From Utricularia gibba (taxonomy: Eukaryota > Plantae > Magnoliophyta), in NCBI GenBank assembly GCA_002189035.1, contig NEEC01000019.1, positions 558,001 to 622,000 of the forward strand: a DNA stretch of 64,000 nt. The letters run 5' to 3'. Below, one piece after another: positions 36,290 to 48,649 of the stretch. Below the pieces are notes generated by a model that was not told the origin of the DNA, searched no databases, and saw nothing but the letters and a program-made list of their open reading frames with translations. Each line of letters begins with the position of its first letter. Position 1 is the first letter of the stretch. The position numbers and the translations under genes were made by a program.

Positions 36290-38175
36290 CTAGCCAGAAT
36301 TCGGAAAATTGTATTCCTTGATCATGTCGTTGGTGATTGATATGGGGTCAGCTACTTCAGCTGCTTCTCCATGATTTCGTGTTTCACTGTCAGCGTACCT
36401 GTATTGTGTAGCTACTACAATGAAGGCGATCAGATTTATGGAGCTTAAAGCCGCCAGAACCCAGAAGTATCTGTCCAAACGGCTTCTGTGCAATGTCTGC
36501 TGAAACCAGCTTCTCCTGCTGCCGAGCCTCTCGCTAACTTCGCCTACCACATACACAGCAAGCACACTGCACATGTATCCTATGCCATACACGAACTTGG
36601 CGAAGTATTCCAGGTACTCAGTCATGGATTCTGGTGCCTCAGCACGATAGAAAGCTGCAACGCTCTGTTCTAGGAAGGAATCCAGCCCTGCAAGGAGAAT
36701 GAACTGGAAAGTTAACCAAAATATGCTCATGGGAATGGTTGTTCCTGGGTGATCCAAAAGCTGATGGCTTCTGATAACATTCAGTCTCCTGTTCTCGACT
36801 AGTGCCGCGGCTATGCAACACAGGATGCTGGAGATCATGGCAAATGCGATTCCGAGGGAGGGTGCAAAGCCTCTCTTGTTGTACTCATGCATCATCTTAC
36901 TGAACACAGCCTTGGCAGATTTGAGTATCAGAAGAAGGACTTGCGGAGGAAGTGACAATTTTCCTACTCTCTTGTTCATGGTCTTTGCTTGCTCTACGAA
37001 GTAGGTATTCCCAGTTGAAGATACAATCCCACAAACGATGAACGTGAGCCCCATGGGAATCATTCGAACGGTAATCTTGGCTTCTTCCACCTCCTGTATT
37101 GTGCACTTCTTCCATTCCTTGCAGTCATAATCCTCTGGTGACATAATGGCTGCCTTGTGTAGGCATCTGAGATGAAGCAGCAGGCATCTTCTGATGACTG
37201 GAAGATGGACTGAATCATAAAGAATTTACACACATAGGTACCTGAGGCAACGGGTATGTGTAAAGCTCTGATGCGAACCATCTTCCCCCACCCTGTACTG
37301 GCGATGGTCCAGCGGAAAGGGCTTGCAGATATTGCAGGCAGAAGCGATGAACACTTTGATTACACACATGATCGGGCTGCCACGGAGACAGGGCTTGTAG
37401 TATGTACACCATCCCGTCAAAAAGAGAACTGTGGCAAGAAGAGTGACGATTGCCGTTATTCCGAACCGGATAGACCATGCTTTTATGTATGGAATCCCGA
37501 TGCCTCCAGCTAAAGCCACAACAACCACTGCCAATAGACACCACAGTTTCAAATGGCGCAACCTGCTGCGTCTTTCTTCCCCACTGGCTTGTTGTTCTTT
37601 AAGATACGGCTTCAGAGCAACATCGTGTCCGGCAATTCCGATGGCAACAAATGCCAATCCAGAGTAAAGGAGAGCTTTCTGGGTGTAGCCTATGCATTCT
37701 GGCTTAAAACTTCTGCAAGTTTTGGTCACTCTCGCCAGGATGGGTGGCGTGGACATAGCAACAAATCCAATTCCCTGAAGAAAACACAGCAGAATTCAAA
37801 GAATAGGATAAAAAAGACAGCGCCCCAGAATAAGGATCAGGTGATGAACTCACAACGCTGTAGGCAATGCTAGAAATTACAAGTGCCCCAAATTTTCCAA
37901 GAACAATATCCGCAAAGAAGAGGAAGAAAACAGGCAGGATTCTGGAGATTCCTCCCCAGAAGTTGATAATAGCAGCAGCGTGGGTGAAACTTAGATTCCA
38001 AACACTAGTTAAGTAATCTTGCAATACAAAGAGAGCGAGCTCAACAAATATGTCTGCCAAAAGGAGAGCTGCAAGAACAAGTCAGAGTAACAGAAAATGT
38101 AACAACAGAGAATTGGAATCTGATCTGAATGAAGTGCTTACTATTAATCCGAACGAAGCTGTGGGTTGTTTCCAT
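36290..38175 (-). CDS. NPF: NRT1/PTR family (NPF, NPF5-like) transporter, 552 aa
   Basis: Exons 38175-38142, 38068-37854, 37774-37242, 37166-36290 (1659 nt, in frame, GT-AG). Motifs YLTSVWNLSFTHAAAIIN, LRCLHKAAI, CTIQEVEEAK, SIFWLTFQFILLAG, SRLDRYFWVLAALSSINL. Confidence 0.92.
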
Positions 38176-38789
38176 TACTTCAGAAACCCCAACACCTCCT
38201 CCACTTTCGCCCAGAGGTGAAGCTGGAGCCTGAAGATATGTCTGATACACCGGTTTGTCTATGCCATGATACACCGGAAAGTTGACCTTGTCTATGCCAT
38301 GATACCCGTCAACGGAATAAAAAAATCATTTCATGCTGTTACAGCTCAGCAGCCAGTTTTGACATTTATGACTGAGATGCCCTTTCATCAACTTCGGGGG
38401 ATTATATTTTTAAATTATTGTGGATATATTTCTAAATAACGTGCACCGTTCAAAAAGATATATTCAGATTATGTCATGTCTTTTCAAGCTCCAGTATCAA
38501 ATATCATCCCGAATGGCAAAGAACGCTGACCTATGTAATATTCTCTTTTACCTTTTTCAAAGGACAAAGTTCATTCATGTCAGGGGTTCTCAAGAAAATA
38601 GTAAACAAAGAAGGCAATGAATCATTTGCCTCTTGCTGGTGGATTTTGCGGGTTGGCTTCTGTAGTATTCAGCAGTTTGGGAACCACTGCACCAGATTTC
38701 TCAAACAGAAACAAACATGTTTCGAAATATTCCAAGAAGAGCTCGGAAAATTGGAAAATTGATGCTGGAAATAGATACAATCACAGAGA

Positions 38790-39658
38790 TTATGAATCAG
38801 TCTGTAACCTGTCGATGTACTGGTCATAAAATTTGGCAGCACGCTCCAAATCTCCAAGTTCTGTGTAACAATCGGCTATGGCACCGTAAGCCTCTGTGTT
38901 TCCAGATTCTTCTCCTTCCTTCTTTGAGATTTTCAGAACCATTGAATGATATTTTATGGCCTCATGATACTTCCCCTGTCTTTGTAGTGATGCTCCTGAA
39001 AATCCAAAATCAATTTGATGGTGATGTGTTCTCGGTGTCAGTGTAGTGGTATGAATATGATAGGTTCGTTACCTAAGCCCCTTGCTGCCTTCTTCTGCTC
39101 GATAGGATCTTTTAGAGTTTGAGCAAGCTCGAGAGCAGTCTTGAACTCAGAAAATGCCATTTCTGGGTTTTGATTTCTCAGGAAGTTTTTGCCACTTTTC
39201 AAGTGAGAAATCAAGTCTTGTTTCCTTGAATCAACGATGACTTCATCCTCTGATATCTTCCCACTAACTGGAACATAACTCAAACTGGGAGCATAAGATT
39301 CGATCTTCGCTTGCCTTCTCAATGCTGTGTTTATCTGGCGTAGCTGTTCGTTTAGCCGTTGCAATTCAGCCTTTCTCTGACGTGCAAGCAGGCCTGCAAT
39401 CAAATGGAAGCATTTGCATGGTTTATTTTTAGGGAACATAATACTTTGACAAGAGTTATGCATGAAAAACAAAAAATCACCTCCCACAGTGGCACCTACA
39501 AGGGCTACAAAAAGCAACAATGGCATATTCATATTCAGAAGAGAATTATCGGCTTCACAGGCTTCAGCAAAAGCTTTAGGAGGTTCAGCAAACACCAATG
39601 AGTTCACGATTACAAGGGCTGCAGCTGGCACTCGAGAGAACAACCTTGCCTGCAACAT
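38790..39658 (-). CDS. FLU: FLUORESCENT IN BLUE LIGHT homologue (TM, coiled coil, TPR); 5' transit-peptide part unresolved
   Basis: Exons <39658-39481, 39393-39073, 38995-38790 give LFVALVGATVGGLLARQRKAELQRLNEQLRQIN...KKAARGLGASLQRQGKYHEAIKYHSMVL...TEAYGAIADCYTELGDLERAAKFYDQYIDRLQTDS*, which matches Arabidopsis FLU as I recall it. The start codon is not established. Confidence 0.88.
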
Positions 39659-40719
39659 AAGGCTCAATCTTCAGGCTTACCTAAGATCAATCACGGTCAA
39701 GATTCCCATCAGCCAAAGGAACAAGCCTATCACTACGCTCATGTATAGAATTCTAAACGTAAAATAAGCTGCCTTATAAGGTATTCTGCAACAAGCAAGC
39801 TCATCCCAAAAACCACCTGCAACTACACATATCACGATTATGTAGCAAACCAATTACATCTAAACGCACCGGATCTTGGTCCCTTTTTATTTGTTGTGTG
39901 TGATTAATGATTTACTGAAAGAACAGCGAAAAAGCTGGAAAATGGAACAGACCCGACCATGAAAACTTCACTCAACACTGATTCACAGGATAAGCCAGAT
40001 GCTTCGTAGCAACTGCTTATATGGACAGAGCAGAAAAAACGATTTCAGAACTCAACCACGCTTGAAATTGCACCAGATCATAAGCTCAAAACCAATTCCC
40101 AGTTAAGCAAAAACTTCAGCGCTAAAACAGCAAGAAAGAAAAAGGCATTATTAGAAATAGTCATCATTAGCTACTAGTACACTCTCTACTTAACTGTTAG
40201 TTTACAAGTAGGAATTAGCCGTTGCACATTATGTATATAAATACATATCATACTTGTAATAAATACAAGATTTTTTCTCCTACAATTTCTATTCGCCTTC
40301 TACATTTGGTCGCCTGTTTTCAATCATGGTATTGGAGCAGGAATGAATGGCATTTGAAGCATCTCGTGTAGATAATCCATCTGATGCTAATATTGCCTAG
40401 AATCTATACTACACCCCTCCTACTCCATCTTCTCTTCTCGTAGACTTCACTTCTCCCTACTATGTCGGTCCCAGAGATACTGCAGAACTCATTCTCACTC
40501 ATCCACCACTAGATACCTTCAATTAGGGCATCTTTATTGATGTTAGGAAACATGCAATTCCACATCAGATTACTAACCTTCCGGAAATGAAATAAATGGG
40601 TTTCTACTTTTTTCACATTCATTTCCAGAAACAAGTTTAATTATGAATATTTATAAAATTAAAAAAACATAACTTTTATTCATAATCAAACATACTAAAA
40701 ACTTGAAACATAGTACAAA

Positions 40720-41960
40720 ACATAAATTGAAATAGCTAGAAACAACCAACATCAAACATATCAATTGAACTTCGTCCAAATATACTCGATCAAATCCTTC
40801 TTTAAACGATGATAAACATTGACATCATGTGAATTGATCACTATTCAAATAGCTTTACATATTCAATCCAATATCTCTGTAAATTTGTGGGGGTTAAACT
40901 ATTGAAGATTTATTATATTCATCTTCAATGTTGTCTTTAGGAATAACATGGCCTTTATTTTCCACAATCATATTGTGTAAAATGATACATGCATACATAA
41001 TATTTCCAAGTGTTTTTCGATCCCAAACTCTTCCAGGTGTTGTGAGTATTGCAAATTGGTATTGCAAAATACCAAAAGTACGCTCTATATTCTTTCGAGC
41101 ACTCTCCTAAAATTTAGCAAAAAGCCAAGCTTTTCTGCCTTGTGGAAGAGTAATAGAGTTCATAAAGACAGCCCAATCAGGATAAATACCATCAGTCAAA
41201 TAATATCACATATCATAAGAATTTCCGTTAACAGTATATTGTACTTGTGGACCAACACGATTATGCAACTCGTTTAATAAAGGAGAATGCCATAAAACAT
41301 TTAAGTCGTTATTCGCACCTGGCATTCCAAAAAATGCATGCCAAATCTAGGTATCAGCAGAAGCCACCGCTTCTAGCATAAGCGAAGGTTTACGATGATT
41401 TCCACGTTTAAATTGGCCTTACAATGCAACTGGATAATTTTTTCACTTTCAATGCATACAATCAATATTTCCAATCATTCCAGGAAAGCCTCGAGTCTCT
41501 CCCCATGCAAACAAACGTTCTAAATCTTCAATTGTTGGAGATCTCAAATATTGTTTTGAAAAACATTAGCGAATAGCAGTAACAAAGTGACGAATACATT
41601 TGATGGAGATTGTCTCTCCAATTCGAATGTATTCATCAATACTATCAGCAGTACATCCATAAGCCAACATTCAAATAGCAGTAGTGCATTTTTGCAAAGT
41701 GCTCAAGCCTAAGTGACCAGTGGCATCCACTTTATCTTCAAAATATGGATCTACTGATTTGACAGCATCCACAACTCGCTCAAATAAAGAACGATGCATT
41801 CGAAATCTCCTACGAAATTGTTCATTTGTGTAAGTTGGATAATCGCAAAAATAATCAGCCGCCAACCTTTCATGACCTAATTCACGATTGTGCTCAATAT
41901 ATTGTCGTGGACGTCATTGTTTTGAAGACTTTTCTTCCTCTTCATCAATGTAATCAACTC
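40720..41960 (-). pseudogene. Harbinger DDE nuclease, disrupted
   Basis: DYFCDYPTYTNEQFRRRFRMHRSLF, GLSTLQKCTTAI*MLAYG, DEYIRIGE, IWHAFFGMPGANNDLNVL; stops and frameshifts. Confidence 0.88.
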
Positions 41961-43308
41961 CTTGAATAATTGCCGCATAATCTATGCAATCGTCATAAAA
42001 AATAATAGGCCAAGGATTTGAAAAACTTGGATCTATGATACAAGTTATACAAATGCATTGTGACTCACCTATAAATAAGAGAAGATGAGTTTGTATTTCA
42101 TTAGAATTTGACGAAATTTGAATGTACATTTATATTATTATATATATCTACAATATTTATTTGTAACTATCAAATTTATTGTTTTCTACCATATTTATTG
42201 TTTTTCACCAACTTTTTTATATCTATTACATTTTTAATTTATTACCACATTTATAAATTACTTATCAAATTCAGAGATCTATCTATTTCTTATTAACAAC
42301 TTTTTTTATATCTATCACATTTTTAATTTACTACCACATTTATTTCTATTAGAAAATAAATTCGAAAATTAATTTATCTAAATATAATCAAATTTCAATA
42401 GGTATGGAAATTCATTTATAGTATACATTACATATTTTTATAACAAAAAAAACTAATCCAAATATAATGCATTTTCACATGTTATATAAATTTAATTGTA
42501 TTAAATACTATATGTATTTATAATAAAAAAAGTCATCTAAAAGTACACAACCAAAAACGTAAAAAATAATAATAATACAATAATAACAATAATGATAATA
42601 TTATTATATATATAATAATCATTATTTATATATATACAATATATATATAATCATTGCATAAATATAGACAATATATATCAATAATAATGTGTCATTTCCC
42701 CATTATTTATATAATATATATATATATATATAATCATTAATAGTTATATTAAAGTACTACATTGATATATTAATTAAATGTCACATTTTCATTTATAATA
42801 TTGTCTTTGTTAATAAGCTTGATGTTGGAAAAAAAGTTGGGAAATGTGCAAGTGCTGAAGCATACGGTTGTTCCAGAGATGACAGCAATGGCAAATGATG
42901 ATCAATAGATAAAGGTTCTTCTTCCCTTGTCGTTCAGAGTTTCCTTGAATAGCATGAAGTATGCAAAAGCTGATGTTCCAAAGATGAGAGCTGCAGCTGG
43001 AACTTGATAACTTGTCTATTTATTTTGGATTGTTTTAGCAGCTGAGAAAGTGATCAATATGTGCCATAGCTGCCACTCTTCTCAAGTAGGAATATCAATG
43101 CTTCGATCTTCTGACTACAGGCAAGAAAGCACAACAGATTCTAGAGAGACTTGAAGTAGAGTAACATTAGAATAACAACTATGATAATATCATCTCCATC
43201 AGTTGGGTAACAACAATTCCATGATAGCAAAACATAGTGATAGCAGTACAAAAAAAAGACAGAACAACAAAACATAATGATAGTAAAAAAAACACAATAA
43301 AAAAATAC

Positions 43309-44231
43309 TTAATCATCTGACTCATCAAGATCAACACAATCATTTTCTTCTTCATCTCTAGAAATGCTCTGATCTCCACTCACTAATTTGGTATTTGCAA
43401 TGCCATGATAAGCCATATCATTGATTGCTTTTTGTCCTGAAGTAAATTTGTTGACATCTTTATTTGAAAGACTTTCAAGCATGTCAAACAAATACACTTG
43501 ATTGAATTGCCATATCAACTGATTTCTTTTTTCAATATTTTTATTCATCTTGTCAATACCTTCTAAATATTTGGTCTTGAAAGAAGAAGAACTTGACTCA
43601 ATCAATTGCTTTCCATTCCGTTTACGCTTTGCTACCTTTTGGCCTAAAGGCCGTTCTTCTTCTACTAAAACTGGTGAAAGTTGTGAAGTTGATACTTGTT
43701 CATTTGATACACATGCGACACTCTCTTGTGATTTTTTACTATTTATGTCAACTATCAATTTTTGTGCATTGCAAAAAAAAAAAAAAAAATATAGTAAATA
43801 TCAGTAAAAACACAAGAAAATATGATATAAATTTTTCATACCAACATCCACTTTGGCTCATGCCGTAATATCTCTTAAGATTTGATATCAATGAAATCCT
43901 TTTGCTCTTCAACTTTAAAAAGCTCCATGGCTTGTTGCTTGAAATCAAATTCGTTATAGCCACTGCTTCCTCTTGACATTATCCTATCCATACAGCCTAC
44001 AAATTTACTGACATCAGAACTCAAACTTTTTCACTTTCTTCTTATTGTATCCATGCTACGAGGAATTAGGGGTGCAGTTTCATGATAATAATAAAAAATC
44101 ACATTCCAGAGATTGTTTCCTTTTTGTGACGTTTCCTTCTCTGAATCTTTACTAACATTTAACCATGCTGAAACAAGAATAAGCTTATCTTTTTCGGCCC
44201 ATCTTTGAAATGTTAATCCTCTAGTAACCAT
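43309..44231 (-). pseudogene. Harbinger Myb/SANT-like (NAM-associated type) partner gene
   Basis: WAEKDKLILVSAWLNVSKDS..SQKGNNLW and RPLGQKVAKRKR motifs; co-oriented with the nuclease inside the TIRs. Confidence 0.75.
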
Positions 44232-47200
44232 TTTCTAAAAAAATGAAATAAAAAAATACAATAAAACAGAGATAAAACACTTAATAAAATAGGGAAAACT
44301 ATAGCAAGATAATATTATAGAGGATTAAATTGATAACAAACCATTGATCAATAATAAAACTTGAGTTACATGGGATTCATTTCAATCAAATGACGTAAGG
44401 TTGTGGAACACACAACAAGGTCGCATACTGAAAACATTATTCATGAATAAAAACCACATCCACACAACAATGCTGCCTACGTATAGAAACCATTATTTAT
44501 GGATAAAAACCACAGCCACATAACAAGATTGCCTGAAAAACATTATTCATAAATAAAAACCACAACAATTGATAGAGAATAAAAATTCATAAAACGAAAG
44601 AAAAATCCAATCAATCTAAGTTCATATTTATAAAAAATAACACTATAGAATCAGAAAAATAAACTAAAAAACATTGAACAAAATTGGGTAAAATAAAAAA
44701 CATTTACCTGTTGTCTGCACGACCTAATCCAGTGCGTGTGAATAGAGAATGAGGGAAGAGCAGCTTTTATTTTACTGAGTTTCGCAGCGGAAACTGGGTT
44801 TCCGCAAAGATAGTTTTCGGAAATCAGAAAGTTGCTTGTATTAATGTTCAAAAATTAAAATGTTAAAAATATACATCCACGTCATCATTTCCGAACATGA
44901 ATAATGATGCCCTTATCCTCAGTGGGCTCGTCGTGTTTGTATTAGTCTTTCCACCCGGAATAAATTGCCTTTCATCGATGACACCTTATCAAAACCCTCT
45001 TCGAATGACCCATCTCACTATCATTGGCATAGATGCAACTCTCTCCTTTTGGCTTGGTTTAATCGATGCATCGAACCCTCTATTCTCTCAACTATCTACT
45101 ACAAATGTACTACCTATGAAATTTGGGTTACCCTCGAGCGGTGATTTTCTCGCCCAAATCATCAGCGGGTCTGTCAAATTCATAATTCTTTGGGACTCTT
45201 AACTCAAGGGAATAGTTCCGTGGACTCATTTTTTACTCAACTTAGTGCCTTTTGGGAAGAGCTCCTTGCTGTGCGACCTCTGCCTCATTGTACCTGTGGG
45301 AGATGTAACCCAGATTGCTTTGGGATTTTCTGCATCCAAACCGAACGAGACCAATGCTACAAATTCCTCAATTTGTTAAACTCTGAGTTTGACTCTATCC
45401 GTTCCAACATTCTTCTTCTTGAAACTCTATAATCTCTGGATTTCATTTATGGCATGGTACTCCAAGAAGAAAACTGGATCAGAGATAAACAACCACTTCA
45501 TCCATTACCACCAATGTGTACGCTTGCTATACCACCAAACCACAAAAAGCGCAATCAACGTCGAAAACATTGCACTCACTGTGGAATGCCTAACCACAAC
45601 AAGGAAGAGTGTTATAAAATTGTTGGATACCCATCCAAAAATCCCAAAGATAAAGGAAAGCAATCTTCCTTCTCCAATGCTCATCATGTTACATCACAAG
45701 AAGTAGATAACCACCGCCAGCAACAAGAGAGGCATGATAGTTTATCCATGTTAACTTCAGACCAAATCAAAGCTTTCATGACTCTACTGCAGAAACAACT
45801 AGAGAGTGGTGATAATCCTCACTCCACCTCTATTGCATCGGACTCTACCTCCCAGCCAGGTAATTTTGTAGGTATTTATTTTTCAAAAGGTATTTTGAAT
45901 CGTAATCCAAAACATGATGCTTGGATAATTGATTCAGGTGCAAGTGACCACATTTGTTTTGATCTATGTTTATTTTATAATTTTAACAAGATAAACCAGC
46001 ATGCTCGTATACCCAATGGCATGACATTTTATGTTGCACATATAGGGACTGTTAGAATTTCACCTACTCTAACTTTACAGCATGTTTTGCATATTCTAGA
46101 GTTTACTGTTAATTTAATTTCAGTACATAAGCTCAACATATACAATCATGCTCATGTTATATTTGAACCTAACATCTGTCATATCCAGGAATTGTCTACA
46201 AGGACAACGATTGGTACAGGTTAACAAAAGGATTCACTCTACTACTTGGACAATATTTGATTTTCCTCTGGTTCAAATGTTGTTATGCCATCTGTTAAGA
46301 ATTTGATACACTATGTTTCCAGTATTAGTTTATGCAAACAATTTGATGTTTGGCACTTTCATTTAGGACATCCTTCGCATGATGCACTAACACATATCAC
46401 AAAGCATTCTCCACACATTAGAAATTCACGTGATAAAATATGTCTTGTGTGCCCTCTTGCGAAGTATAAAAGACTTTCATTTCCTATTAGTGAAACTGTC
46501 TCAAAAGAGAAATTTGAAATTGTTCACATTGATACATGGGGACCATACTCACATAAATCTCTAGATGGCTTTAATTTTTTTTAACCATTTTTTATGATTA
46601 TTCTAGAATTACTTGGACTTATCTCATGAAAAGCAAGGGAGAGGCTCGTGACCTAATTCCTACCTTTATATCTATGGTCCGCATGTAGTTTGATAAAGTG
46701 GTTAAGATTATCCAATCAGATAATGCTCCTGAATTCAATCTGAGCGAGTATTATTCATGCCATGGGATTCTTCGCCATAAGTTGTGTGTTAAAACGCCGC
46801 AACAAAATGCAGTGGTGGAAAGAAAACATCAACATATACTTGCAGTGGCAAGAGCTTTGATGTTTCAAAGCCATCTACCCCTTCATTTCTAGGAAAATGT
46901 AGTACTAACAACAACACACCTCATCAACCGAACTCCACAACGATCACTTGATGGCATCACCCCATATGAAAAACTCAATGGTAAAGTGCCAGCATTTAAT
47001 CACTTACAAGTTTTTGACTCACTTTGTTTTGCTTCAACTCTGAAATCTTCTCGCACAAAATTTGATCCGCATGCGCACACATGCATTTTCATTGGATATC
47101 TTCATGGAATCAAAGGATATCAATTATATGATCTTCATACTCACAAAATAATTGTTTCTTGAGATGTCATTTTTTATGAACATGTTTTTCCTTTCAATCC

Positions 47201-47272
47201 TAAATATCATCAGTTTTTAAACATTCCTCGGCTACGAAATAATTCCCCACTAAATATAGAGATGTCTACTAA

Positions 47273-48640
47273 TGATAAATGGAAATTTTAGCAATGTCGT
47301 TGCAATTAAAGCAAATCTCCGTATCAAATAAATTTATAATCCCTAATCTTCACAAAAAACAAATTTAGAAAACTTGTATAGTGGATATCGGGGTCGATCA
47401 CAAGAAGCTTGTGCTTCTCATATATTCCAATAGATGCAGAATTCAAAGTAACGGTAAGTCTTAGTATAAACTCGAACTATTAGTGGCAAGTATGTTCAGT
47501 AAACAAGATAAGTAAACGATATCAGGTCTTAACGCTAAGGTAATAGGTACTGGTTCTAACTCATAATAATACTAAGGTGACTTAAGGGTCTGAAGGTGGT
47601 ATGGTGCCAAAATCCCTAATTTAATCTGTCATGTTCCTACACTCCCAACTTCAAATAACCTAAGTCTACCCAGGTCATTCATCATATTTTTGGTTAAACT
47701 AGTCCCCCATATCATCACCAACATTGCAATTAGGTCTACCCGCATGCAAAGCATATAGAACTTGGTCTACCCCGAACTAACACCTACTGCTCCCATCTTG
47801 ATTTGTTGGTTTACCTCTAAATCAAGCATCTAAGTTGTGAAACTACTTATTTCCCTCCTTAGGTCTACCCATAGCTTGATAGAAACAAGAGCTAAGAAAT
47901 AATGGTGAATTTTATTAAGACTCCTAGACCCACACCACTATGCTTCACCTTAAGGCATCCCTAAGGCTTTAGCTACTTATATTTGAAAGGTAAAAAGTAA
48001 TGACATTAACATAAAACAACAAAAATGTTAAGAACATCGTGCAGAAGTTGGGTGCAGAAACTAAAGACATCAACAAACTAAAAGAAAGCAATAGAGTTCT
48101 GGTTTCCGTCTTCTATTGTTAACAGTCCGAAACAGTAGCGCTAAATTGGGTCTTGATCTTCTTCCTTCACGCTGGAGGTTCTTCTCCATAAAAATCGTCT
48201 TTCTTTCTCCTTCTCCTTCAGTATTCTTCGTGTTCGATTGGGGGAGAAACCTCCTCGGGTGTATTCTGAAAATTCTGCTTGTCCTCCCCCCTTTGCGACT
48301 CTCTCACCTCCTCATCTTTCTCTCGTCTCCCACTGCCCAAGGAAAGTACATTCTCTGACAAATCTACTGCTCCCGGCTCTGACTCCCAGACTGTCGCCGT
48401 GATAGTGTACTCATTACTCGTGCAGCATAGTGACTTGCACGAAATCCAAATTTCTTCCTTGACTTTCGGGTTGCTGCTAGACTCCAAAATCGGGTTAGAC
48501 ATGGAGCCCACTAATACACCAAAAAAATCGTATTTTACCCAATCAAATAAAAATACTTAAACCTATAAAATTAACAGCTAAACATAATTAAAAATTTGTG
48601 ATTTTCATATCATAAAAGTAAGAAAATTTGTGTGCTATCA
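47273..48640 (+). mobile_element. Solo LTR, 1368 bp, copy B of the TGATAAA family
   Basis: TGATAAAT...GCTATCA termini; perfect 5-bp TSD ACTAA at 47268-47272 and 48641-48645; homologous to 20470-21538 and 58089-58600. Confidence 0.88.
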
Positions 48641-48649
48641 ACTAATCGT

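Larger units (their letters stand above)
40526..44912 (-). mobile_element. PIF/Harbinger element, 4387 bp, two-gene layout
   Basis: TIRs GGGCATCTTTATTGATGTT / reverse complement GGGCATCATTATTCATGTT (17/19); TTA TSD at 40523-40525 and 44913-44915. Confidence 0.92.
40195..47272 (+). mobile_element. Ty1/copia element (5' LTR 40195-40326, PBS, gag-protease-integrase), split by a Harbinger and ending at a solo LTR
   Basis: PBS-like TGGTATTGGAGC at 40327; gag FTSPYYVGP..FN|YPQWARR rejoins across the Harbinger; zinc knuckle CTHCGMPNHNKEEC; WIIDSGASDH; WHFHLGHPS; HIDTWGPY; TPQQNAVVERKHQHIL. No RT found. Confidence 0.85.

Noticed and set aside
38041-38274. ORF-track start MYHGIDK for the NPF gene
   Set aside because: It uses a GTG start; the first in-frame ATG is at 38175.
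42990-43012. VPAAAL similarity between the Harbinger island and FLU exon sequence
   Set aside because: Only ~20 bp with mismatches and no flanking similarity; likely chance.
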